DNA of 14,040 nucleotides from a virus: UHGV virus genome UHGV-1300783; one strand, 5' to 3'. Shown piece by piece: positions 1 to 7,406 of this stretch (position 1 is its first letter; each line of letters starts with the position of its first letter). The notes under the pieces were generated by a model. It saw only the letters and a program-made list of their open reading frames with translations, ran no database searches and was not told where the DNA came from. The position numbers and the translations under genes were made by a program.

Positions 1-75
1 GCTAAAACTTCGGATCCGAGTGTTTTGTCAGCTATGGCGAATGCAGTTAGTGGTCAGGGTGGGCAATCACAATGA
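1..75 (+). CDS. 3' end of an upstream gene, partial (possibly portal protein by synteny)
   Basis: Frame 1 is open from the window edge and reads AKTSDPSVLSAMANAVSGQGGQSQ before TGA at 73-75. Position immediately upstream of a scaffold/capsid pair is where the portal gene sits in T7-type gene order. Only 24 codons are visible, so the product is a guess. Confidence 0.35.
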   Translation, partial: AKTSDPSVLSAMANAVSGQGGQSQ

Positions 76-368
76 CAGATTACGAAGACGATCAACTGAA
101 AGAAGAAAACGCCCGTAAGCAACGTGACATGGCGCAGCGTGAAATTGATGACATTCGCTTTGTCATGAGCAGTGAACAGGGGCGTCGCGTTGTCTGGTCT
201 GTGCTGGAGAAAGGCCGGGTGTTTTCCGCTATCTCTCCGATGGACGCTATGGCAATGGCATTTTATGAGGGGCAACGCAATCTGGCGCTGGAGCTGTTTC
301 AGCGCGTTATGGCGCATTGCCCTGAACAGTATTTGAAGATGGCCAAAGAGGCCAGTGAACAGGAGTGA
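72..368 (+). CDS. hypothetical protein, 98 aa
   Basis: ORF from the six-frame track. Its ATG (72-74) overlaps the upstream stop as ATGA, and it ends 2 nt before the scaffold ATG. Same strand and tight packing with the morphogenesis genes. No recognisable motif. Confidence 0.5.
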   Translation: MTDYEDDQLKEENARKQRDMAQREIDDIRFVMSSEQGRRVVWSVLEKGRVFSAISPMDAMAMAFYEGQRNLALELFQRVMAHCPEQYLKMAKEASEQE

Positions 369-370
369 TC

Positions 371-1078
371 ATGAATTTATTTGAGCGTTTGCTGTATCGC
401 CGTCTTTGCAATGAGCAATCCACTGAAGGTGGCCAGGCAGATACAGCTTCAACGGGAGCAACTGAAACCACTCAGGGCTCGGGTGAAATGCAGGAGCAAA
501 CCCAGTCGCAGGATAACTCCCAGGGGACTGACTCTGAGAAAGGTTCTGAAGCTCAGAAAACTGAGGGAGAGCTTGCTGCTGAAAAAGCCAATACCGAAGA
601 AGCAGAAAAGGATAAGAAGCCAGAGGGTGCGCCTGAGAAGTACGAGTTTCAGGCTGCCGAAGGCGTAGAGCTGGATACAGAAGCGTTGAAGGAATTCGAG
701 CCGGTGGCGCGAGAACTTAACCTGACCAACGAGCAAGCGCAAAAGCTGGTTGATGCTTATCCGAAGATTCTGGCAGGTGTTCAGCAGCGCCAGGCAGAAG
801 CCTGGCAGAAAACAACCGAGCAGTGGGCTGCGGATGTAAAAGCTGACAAAGAAATCGGTGGCGACAAGTTGATTTCTAACCTTAGCGCCGCACAGCGTGC
901 GCTTGACCAGTTCGGGACACCTGAACTCAAAGAATATCTGAACACCACCGGGCTGGGTAATCACCCTGATCTGGTCAAAACGTTCGTGAAAATCGGAAAG
1001 GCGATGTCTGAAGATGGCATGGTCACCGGTGGTAATGAAGGCCAGCGTAGTGCGGCCGAAGTGCTCTATGGCAAATAA
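371..1078 (+). CDS. scaffolding protein-like (acidic, E/K/Q-rich)
   Basis: Track ORF 365..1078 begins at GTG; the ATG at 371 with AGGAG at 361-365 is the more plausible start. Strongly acidic, low-complexity central region and position directly upstream of the major capsid gene are typical of phage scaffolding proteins. Confidence 0.6.
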   Translation: MNLFERLLYRRLCNEQSTEGGQADTASTGATETTQGSGEMQEQTQSQDNSQGTDSEKGSEAQKTEGELAAEKANTEEAEKDKKPEGAPEKYEFQAAEGVELDTEALKEFEPVARELNLTNEQAQKLVDAYPKILAGVQQRQAEAWQKTTEQWAADVKADKEIGGDKLISNLSAAQRALDQFGTPELKEYLNTTGLGNHPDLVKTFVKIGKAMSEDGMVTGGNEGQRSAAEVLYGK

Positions 1079-1092
1079 GAGAGGAAATGACA

Positions 1093-2079
1093 ATGGCTGT
1101 TAAAGGCTTAACTGCGCTAACGCTGGCTGACTGGGGTAAGCGCGTCGATCCAAACGGGAAAGTCGATAAGATTATCGAGCTTCTCGGTCAAACTAACCCG
1201 ATCCTTCAGGATATGCCTTTTGTCGAAGGGAACCTTCCTACCGGACACCGAACCACCATTCGTTCTGGTTTACCTTCAGCTACCTGGCGTTTGCTGAACT
1301 ATGGCGTACAGCCAAGCAAATCAACCACAGTGCAGGTCACCGACTCCGTTGGCATGCTGGAAACCTATGCTGAAGTCGATAAGTCACTGGCTGATCTGAA
1401 CGGTAATACCGCCGAATTCCGCCTGTCTGAAGACCGCGCATTTATTGAAGCGATGAATCAGCAGATGGCGCAGACGCTGTTTTATGGTGATTCCAGCGTT
1501 AACCCTCAGCAGTTTATGGGACTGTCCTCCCGCTATTCCAGCCTGTCTGCGGGTAATGCTCAGAACATCATTGATGCTGGTGGCACGGGTACAGATAACA
1601 CCTCAATCTGGTTAGTGGTGTGGGGCGAAAACACCGTGCATGGCATCTTCCCGAAAGGGCAGAAGGCTGGCATCCAGATGGAAGATAAAGGCCAGGTGAC
1701 ACTGGAAGATGCTAATGGCGGCAAGTACGAAGGCTATCGCACCCATTACAAATGGGATAACGGACTTGCTCTGCGTGACTGGCGTTATGTTGTTCGCATT
1801 GCAAACATCGATGTCAGCAATCTTTCAGAACCTTCCTATGCCGCAAATATTGCGAAGTTGATGGTTAAAGCACTGCATCGCATTCCAAACCGTGGCATGG
1901 GCCGCCCGGTGTTCTACATGAACCGCACTGTAGGCCAGGCTCTTGATCTGCAGTCTCTGGAGAAAACATCTCTGGCTATCAGCGTAAAGGAGACTGAAGG
2001 CGAGTGGTGGACTTCATTCCGTGGTGTACCAATCCGTGAAACTGATGCGCTTCTGGAAACAGAAGCCCGCGTGGTGTAA
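1093..2079 (+). CDS. major capsid protein
   Basis: About 330 aa, directly after the scaffold-like gene. A GAGG Shine-Dalgarno at 1081-1084 favours the ATG at 1093 over the in-frame ATG at 1087. Non-biased composition typical of a capsid protein. Followed by a stem-loop and a 51-nt intergenic gap. Confidence 0.7.
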   Translation: MAVKGLTALTLADWGKRVDPNGKVDKIIELLGQTNPILQDMPFVEGNLPTGHRTTIRSGLPSATWRLLNYGVQPSKSTTVQVTDSVGMLETYAEVDKSLADLNGNTAEFRLSEDRAFIEAMNQQMAQTLFYGDSSVNPQQFMGLSSRYSSLSAGNAQNIIDAGGTGTDNTSIWLVVWGENTVHGIFPKGQKAGIQMEDKGQVTLEDANGGKYEGYRTHYKWDNGLALRDWRYVVRIANIDVSNLSEPSYAANIAKLMVKALHRIPNRGMGRPVFYMNRTVGQALDLQSLEKTSLAISVKETEGEWWTSFRGVPIRETDALLETEARVV

Positions 2080-2095
2080 CGCCTGTTATTAACCT

Positions 2096-2115
2096 GTGGG
2101 TCGTAACAGACCCAC
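2096..2115 (+). promoter_or_regulatory. perfect 7-bp stem-loop after the capsid gene (GTGGGTC-gtaaca-GACCCAC), no U-tract
   Basis: Read directly: 2096-2102 GTGGGTC, loop 2103-2108, 2109-2115 GACCCAC. It lies in the 51-nt gap between the capsid stop (2079) and the next ATG (2131). Lack of a following T-run argues for an RNA processing or stability element or partial attenuator rather than a strong intrinsic terminator. Confidence 0.45.
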
Positions 2116-2130
2116 TAATGGAGAAAGAAG

Positions 2131-2568
2131 ATGATCACCGACAAACTGTTGATGTTCTCCGAAGCACAGGCGGTAACTGATACCGCTGCTTCTACTGACG
2201 TAATCGATCTCGGTCCAATTGACGGAAAACGTCGTGATATCGGCGTGGGTTACCCGCTTGAGTTTTGGGCGCTGGTTAACACAGCCGCCGCAGCAAGCGG
2301 TGATGCAACTGTAAACATCCAGTTGCAGACGAGTGAGGATAACAGATCATGGACCACTATTTATGATAGTGGTGCACTGGCAAAGACCACCCTGACAGCA
2401 GGTAAACGAGTTGTTTCTGCAAAGGTGCCTGCCGGTGTTCAGCGATATCTGCGTGTTAACTACTCCGTCGCAACTGGCCCACTAACGGCTGGCGAATTCA
2501 CTGCTGGTATCAGTCTTGATGTTGATGCCAATACGCCGTATCCGATCCGCTCAAAAGTAACTGGTTAA
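2131..2568 (+). CDS. hypothetical virion-associated protein, 145 aa (possible minor capsid or decoration protein)
   Basis: ATG at 2131 preceded by GGAGAAAG (2120-2127). Codon usage matches neighbours. Product is guessed from position after the capsid gene only. Confidence 0.5.
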   Translation: MITDKLLMFSEAQAVTDTAASTDVIDLGPIDGKRRDIGVGYPLEFWALVNTAAAASGDATVNIQLQTSEDNRSWTTIYDSGALAKTTLTAGKRVVSAKVPAGVQRYLRVNYSVATGPLTAGEFTAGISLDVDANTPYPIRSKVTG

Positions 2569-2578
2569 GGTGATATCG

Positions 2579-2914
2579 ATGTCAGGTGAGAAACCAAGAT
2601 ACCGCGTTCTGCGCCTCTCTCATATCCATAACACTCTGTGGCCGGAGGGGGCAGAAATCGAATACGAAGGTGAGCCTGGTAGCGCACTGGAACCTGTTAA
2701 CGATGCAGCCAGACAGGCAAAAGCAAAAGTTGCAGGAAAAGTGTCAATGGCAGCAACCAGCACCAAAATCATCAACGATGTGTCAGATGATGGTGAACTG
2801 GATAAGCTCCGTGAAGAGTACGAATTGCTCTTTAACGAGAAGCCACACCATAACGCCAAAGCCGAAACGCTCCGCGAGAAGATCGCAGATAAGCGTAAAG
2901 AACTGGGCGTGTAA
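2579..2914 (+). CDS. hypothetical protein, about 111 aa
   Basis: Track ORF 2570..2914 begins at GTG; the ATG at 2579 with AAGGTGA upstream is the more likely start. Followed by a strong hairpin with T-run. Confidence 0.5.
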   Translation: MSGEKPRYRVLRLSHIHNTLWPEGAEIEYEGEPGSALEPVNDAARQAKAKVAGKVSMAATSTKIINDVSDDGELDKLREEYELLFNEKPHHNAKAETLREKIADKRKELGV

Positions 2915-2930
2915 GCCTCGCGGATCAGAC

Positions 2931-2953
2931 AAGGGGCTTCGGCCCCTTTATTG
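2931..2953 (+). terminator. Rho-independent terminator-like hairpin (AAGGGGC-ttcg-GCCCCTT followed by TTATT)
   Basis: Read directly: 7-bp perfect GC-rich stem 2931-2937 / 2942-2948 with a UUCG tetraloop, then a T-rich stretch. Located in the 50-nt gap after the ORF ending at 2914. Confidence 0.55.
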
Positions 2954-2964
2954 CAGGAGTGTAT

Positions 2965-3288
2965 ATGGAACTCGTAAACCTCAAAACCGGCACTGACAGC
3001 TACCAGGATGAGAGCGGAGAAACCAGAACTCGCGATGAATACCCGTGGGGGCTGTGCATCACTCTTAATAACGACACATTGAATAAGCTGAAGGCGCAAC
3101 CTCAGGGCGTCGGAACAGAAGTGATGATAACTGCAAAGGCTGTTATTCGAGGCCTGTCTGCCAGAGAAACTGACGATGGTGTTAATCGCAGCGCCGATCT
3201 GCAGATCACTGATATGGCAATCGCTCCTGTTTCCGGTGATGTAGAAAAATCAGCGGCTGAAACTCTGTACGGCAATGGGGGTGAGTAA
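2965..3288 (+). CDS. hypothetical protein, about 107 aa, carrying a scaffold-like C-terminal motif (KSAAETLYG)
   Basis: Track ORF 2959..3288 begins at GTG; ATG at 2965 with AGGAG at 2955-2959 is the likelier start. Its stop overlaps the next gene's start (TAATG). C-terminal peptide resembles the scaffold C-terminus (see findings). Confidence 0.55.
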   Translation: MELVNLKTGTDSYQDESGETRTRDEYPWGLCITLNNDTLNKLKAQPQGVGTEVMITAKAVIRGLSARETDDGVNRSADLQITDMAIAPVSGDVEKSAAETLYGNGGE

Positions 3289-3893
3289 TGGCCTCTGTAG
3301 TAGAGATCTGCAATCGTGCGCTGTCCAATATTGGCAACAGCCGCAGCATTAACAGCCTGACGGAAGCCAGCAAGGAAGCGGGGGAATGTTCGCTGCACTT
3401 TGAGGCCTGCCGTGATGCTGTGCTTTCTGATTTTGACTGGAACTTTGCTACCAAACGCGTGGCGCTTGCAGATACGAGCAATCCACCGCCTGACTGGGAA
3501 TATGCGTACCAGTACCCGTCCGATTGTCTGCGCATTACTGAAATTATGCTTCCTGGTGTACGCAATCCAACAGCAGCAATGCGCGTTCAGTACGAAGTTG
3601 GTGCAGACACCAACGGAACAGGAAAGTTGATCTACACAGACCAGCCGCAGGCATGGCTCAAGTATGTATCTCGCGTTTCAGATGTGAACATGTTTGATGC
3701 CATTTTTATGGAGGCGTTGGCCTGGCGTCTTGCGGCAGCTATTAACATGGCGCTGACTGGGAATGCAGACCTCGGTACGTTTGCCCTCAATATGTACAAT
3801 CGCGTGATTCTTAGTGCTGGCTCGCATAGCCAGAATGAATCACAGGAACCACAGCCACCGGTTGACGAGTTTACCATTGCGAGGTTGTCCTGA
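3288..3893 (+). CDS. tail tubular protein A-like (T7 gp11-like)
   Basis: 201 aa, immediately upstream of and coupled to an approximately 820-aa protein, mirroring the T7 gp11 (about 196 aa) / gp12 (about 794 aa) pair. Assignment is by size and synteny; not verified by search. Confidence 0.6.
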   Translation: MASVVEICNRALSNIGNSRSINSLTEASKEAGECSLHFEACRDAVLSDFDWNFATKRVALADTSNPPPDWEYAYQYPSDCLRITEIMLPGVRNPTAAMRVQYEVGADTNGTGKLIYTDQPQAWLKYVSRVSDVNMFDAIFMEALAWRLAAAINMALTGNADLGTFALNMYNRVILSAGSHSQNESQEPQPPVDEFTIARLS

Positions 3894-6364
3894 TGGCTAT
3901 CAGTTGGATCCAGCCCAGCTTTGCCGGTGGTGAGATTGGACCGTCGTTGTACGGTCGTATCGACATGGCGAAGTACCAGGTGGCATTGCGCAAGTGCGAT
4001 AACTTTATCGTGCGGCAGTATGGCGGCGTTGAGAATCGACCTGGTACGCGTTTTGTCGGTGCCGCCAAATACCCAAATCGGAAATGCCGCCTGATCCCGT
4101 TCCAGTTCTCGACTGTTCAGACCTATGCTCTGGAGTTCGGACACCAGTACATGCGCGTTATCAAAGATGGTGCGTTGGTGCTGAACAGCAGCAATGTTAT
4201 TTATGAAATTGCCACGCCATATACTGAAGCCGATCTGTTCCGAATTAAATTTACGCAAAGCGCCGACGTGCTTACGCTGGTTCACCCGGCATACCCGCCG
4301 AAAGAGTTGCGCCGCTATGCGCATGACAACTGGCAACTGGTTGATGTGGTAACGAAGAACGGGCCATTTGAAGATATCAATATTGACGAGTCAGTGACGG
4401 TTTATGCCAGCGCCAGCACCGGGACAATTACGTTAACGGCAAGCGCCTCTATTTTTGGCGCGGAGCAGGTAGGCAAATTGTTCTATCTGGAACAGCCTGC
4501 AGTGGATTCAGTGCCGGTATGGGAAACCAGTAAGAGTACGTCGATTGGCGATATTCGCCGTGCAGACAGTAACTACTATCGCGCCGTTACAGCAGGCAAA
4601 ACAGGCACTTTGCGCCCTTCGCATACAGAAGGCACATCATGGGATGGCTGGGGCGGATCCGGTGATGATGATACTGGCATTGAGTGGGAGTATCTGCACA
4701 GTGGTTTTGGCATTGCCCGTATCACTGCTGTAAACGGCACTACTGCAACTGCCGAGGTGATTTCCTATATCCCTTCGCAGGTCGTTGGCGAGGATAATGC
4801 CAGCTATAAATGGGCTAAATATGCCTGGAACAGTGTTAATGGTTATCCTGGCACTGTTGTTTATTATCAACAACGTCTTTACTTCGCCGCATCGACTGCG
4901 TTCCCTCAGACTATCTGGGCCAGCCGTACCGGGGATTATAAGGATTTTGGCAAAAGCAATCCTACGCAGGATGACGACAGAATTATCTACACCTATGCCG
5001 GACGTCAGGTTAATGAGATCCGCCACCTGATTGATGTCGGTTCGCTGGTGGCGCTGACTTCCGGAGGTGAGTACGTCATCACCGGCGACCAGAACAAAGT
5101 GTTAACCCCATCATCATTTGCATTCAGCTCTCAGGGATCAAATGGCTCAAGCAACGTCCCACCAATTGCTGTGGCGAATATTGCTCTGTTTGTCCAGGAG
5201 AAAGGCAGCGTTGTCCGTGATCTGGCCTACTCATTCGATGTTGACGGCTATCAGGGGAACGACCTGACCATCCTTGCCAATCATCTTTTTCAGAAGCACA
5301 GCATTGTTGACTGGTGCTTCTCGATAGTCCCTTACTCCAGCGCCTTCTGCATCCGTGATGACGGTAAATTACTGGTGATGACCTATTTGCGTGATCAACA
5401 GGTTTTTGCATGGGCACCACAGTCCAGTACCGGAAAATATGAAAGCACATGCAGTATCAGCGAAGGCAATGAAGATGCGGTGTATTTCGTCGTTAACCGA
5501 ACCGTTAACGGGCAAACAGTGAGATACATCGAGAGACTGTCTAGCCGTTTATTTACCAGCGATGAAGATGCTTTCTTTGTTGATTCTGGCCTTAGCTATG
5601 ATGGAAGAAATACGTCTGACAGAACGATGACCATCACTGGTGGTTCTGGCGAATGGGATTATCGCGCGGAATATACAATCAGTGTTTCTGGTGGTGCGTA
5701 CTTCACCAGTAGTGATGTCGGCGCGCAACTACAGTTCCCTTATGTCGGAACTGATCCTGATACTGGCGATGAAGTGTCAAAAGAATTACGTTGCGACATT
5801 ATTTCTGTAACCAGCAATACCGCTGTAGTGGTTCGTGCTAACAGGAACGTCCCGCCATCCCTCAGGAATGTGGCCACCACGAACTGGCAGATGGCGCGCC
5901 GGACATTTGGAGGCCTGTCTCATCTTGAAGGCCAGACCGTAAACATTCTCTCTGATGCGAACGTGGAGCCACAGAAAGTGGTTTCCGGAGGTGCCGTCAC
6001 GCTGGAATCTCCGGGGGCTGTAGTGCACATCGGCCTGCCAATAACTGCTGAATTCGAAACACTGGATATCAACATTAACGGACAGGAAACGCTGCTGGAC
6101 AAAAAACAGGTGATCCCGTCCGTTACTCTGGTTGTGAATGCCAGTCGCGGCATCTGGGCGACTACGCCCGGCGGTAAATGGTACGAATATCCACAGCGTG
6201 AATTCGAGTTCTACGATGATCCTGTTGATGATGCTACCGGAAAAGTAGAAGTGAAACTGGACAGTAACTGGGGCAAAAACGGACGTGTAAAAATCCGTCA
6301 GCTTGACCCGTTGCCGCTGTCTGTTCTTGCCGTTATTCCTCGCCTTACTGTTGGGGGATTCTGA
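3893..6364 (+). CDS. tail tubular protein B-like (T7 gp12-like)
   Basis: 823-aa ORF coupled by TGATG overlaps to both neighbours. Size and position match the nozzle/tail tubular protein B of T7-type podoviruses. Confidence 0.65.
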   Translation: MAISWIQPSFAGGEIGPSLYGRIDMAKYQVALRKCDNFIVRQYGGVENRPGTRFVGAAKYPNRKCRLIPFQFSTVQTYALEFGHQYMRVIKDGALVLNSSNVIYEIATPYTEADLFRIKFTQSADVLTLVHPAYPPKELRRYAHDNWQLVDVVTKNGPFEDINIDESVTVYASASTGTITLTASASIFGAEQVGKLFYLEQPAVDSVPVWETSKSTSIGDIRRADSNYYRAVTAGKTGTLRPSHTEGTSWDGWGGSGDDDTGIEWEYLHSGFGIARITAVNGTTATAEVISYIPSQVVGEDNASYKWAKYAWNSVNGYPGTVVYYQQRLYFAASTAFPQTIWASRTGDYKDFGKSNPTQDDDRIIYTYAGRQVNEIRHLIDVGSLVALTSGGEYVITGDQNKVLTPSSFAFSSQGSNGSSNVPPIAVANIALFVQEKGSVVRDLAYSFDVDGYQGNDLTILANHLFQKHSIVDWCFSIVPYSSAFCIRDDGKLLVMTYLRDQQVFAWAPQSSTGKYESTCSISEGNEDAVYFVVNRTVNGQTVRYIERLSSRLFTSDEDAFFVDSGLSYDGRNTSDRTMTITGGSGEWDYRAEYTISVSGGAYFTSSDVGAQLQFPYVGTDPDTGDEVSKELRCDIISVTSNTAVVVRANRNVPPSLRNVATTNWQMARRTFGGLSHLEGQTVNILSDANVEPQKVVSGGAVTLESPGAVVHIGLPITAEFETLDININGQETLLDKKQVIPSVTLVVNASRGIWATTPGGKWYEYPQREFEFYDDPVDDATGKVEVKLDSNWGKNGRVKIRQLDPLPLSVLAVIPRLTVGGF

Positions 6365-6828
6365 TGATCGACGTTCAAATTATTCCCGCTACCGAAGAGC
6401 ATCTTCAGATGATTTTGCCGGATGTTCGTCAAGCTGATATTGACGAACTGTATGCGGTATCACTGATGACTACCGAAGATGCGCTGCGTGTTGGTCTTCG
6501 CACTGCGACTATGGCCTGGTCAGGGTTCGCGAACGGAGAACTGGTAACCATGTTTGGTGTATCTCCGGCGTCAATGATCGGTGGCAATGGTACGCCCTGG
6601 CTGGTCGGTACCAGCCATATTGAAAAATATCAGAAGACATTTCTGCGCCACTGCCGCCCTGTATTGCACCAGATGCTGGCAGTTTATCCGCGCCTGGAAA
6701 ACTACGTCGACGAGCGAAACCATGTTGCCAAATCATGGCTGCACTGGCTTGGATTCAGGCTTGAAGAAGCCGCGCCTTATGGTGCTCTTGGTCTTAATTT
6801 CCACAGATTTCACATGGAGAGAAAATAA
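6364..6828 (+). CDS. internal virion protein A-like (T7 gp13-like)
   Basis: 154 aa, positioned between the tail tubular B-like gene and a gp14-like gene, coupled by overlapping stop/start on both sides. Assignment by synteny and size only. Confidence 0.5.
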   Translation: MIDVQIIPATEEHLQMILPDVRQADIDELYAVSLMTTEDALRVGLRTATMAWSGFANGELVTMFGVSPASMIGGNGTPWLVGTSHIEKYQKTFLRHCRPVLHQMLAVYPRLENYVDERNHVAKSWLHWLGFRLEEAAPYGALGLNFHRFHMERK

Positions 6829-7406
6829 TGTGTAACCCAGCCATCGCTTTGGTTGCCGTCACAGTGGCATCCACAGCCGCGTCAATGTACAGCCAGAGCA
6901 AGCAGGCAAAATACCAGTCAGCCATAGCTGATCGGAATGCTGAAATTGCTGAAGCTCAGGCACAGGATTCAATCAATCGTGGGAATATTGAAGCGGATCA
7001 GCGTCGTCGTGAAATGCGTCAACGCTCAGGTACTGCGGCGGCCACTATGGGGGCTACCGGTGCGGAATTAAGTAGCGGAACAGCTCTTGACGTTTTTGCG
7101 GATAATGCTCAGTTCGGCACTCTTGATGCGTTAACGACAGTGAATAATGCTCAGCGTGAGGCATATGGGTATCAGGTTCAGGGAATGAATGCTCAGGCAC
7201 AGGGGGCTGCTGCTCAGTCGGCTGCTAAATCATCGATGACCAGCACTTTGTTAACGGCACCACTAAAAGCATACGGTGCATACCAGATGGGCGGCGGAAC
7301 GTGGAGCCCGTTCTCTAAAGGAAGTACATCTGGTGGTGGGACGCCAATGCTATCTAACTCAGGTTTTATGAATTCTGACTCCCGATTCAAAATAGGAGGT
7401 TACTGA
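6828..7406 (+). CDS. internal virion protein B-like (T7 gp14-like)
   Basis: 192 aa; N-terminus MC followed by a hydrophobic Ala/Val-rich segment, then an Ala/Gln-rich body. This matches my recollection of the T7 gp14 N-terminus and composition (gp14 is about 196 aa). Position is as expected. Confidence 0.6.
   Translation: MCNPAIALVAVTVASTAASMYSQSKQAKYQSAIADRNAEIAEAQAQDSINRGNIEADQRRREMRQRSGTAAATMGATGAELSSGTALDVFADNAQFGTLDALTTVNNAQREAYGYQVQGMNAQAQGAAAQSAAKSSMTSTLLTAPLKAYGAYQMGGGTWSPFSKGSTSGGGTPMLSNSGFMNSDSRFKIGGY

Noticed and set aside
381-668. Very basic (K/R-rich) 95-aa ORF in an alternate frame inside the scaffold gene
   Set aside because: Fully embedded in the acidic, Glu/Lys-codon-rich scaffold gene; an alternate frame of GAA/AAG-rich sequence is expected to look basic. 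No independent start context. Most likely a compositional artefact, not an overprinted gene.
2040-2130. Possible programmed frameshift or readthrough at the end of the capsid gene (as for T7 10A/10B)
   Set aside because: No slippery heptamer seen near the capsid stop, and the in-frame readthrough meets another stop at 2104-2106. No extended alternate-frame ORF supports a longer capsid isoform.
2586-2996. 136-aa plus-strand ORF overlapping the 111-aa and 107-aa ORFs in another frame
   Set aside because: It spans the terminator hairpin and intergenic region and has a Cys/Arg-rich odd composition. Alternate-frame artefact.
449-6153. Numerous minus-strand ORFs (e.g. 449..1093, 2620..3099, 3102..3565, 3632..4336, 4637..5026, 5124..5450, 5786..6153) antisense to the structural genes
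   Set aside because: All lie inside longer, better-supported plus-strand genes that form a tightly coupled operon. They have odd composition and no ribosome-binding context. Treated as spurious antisense ORFs.
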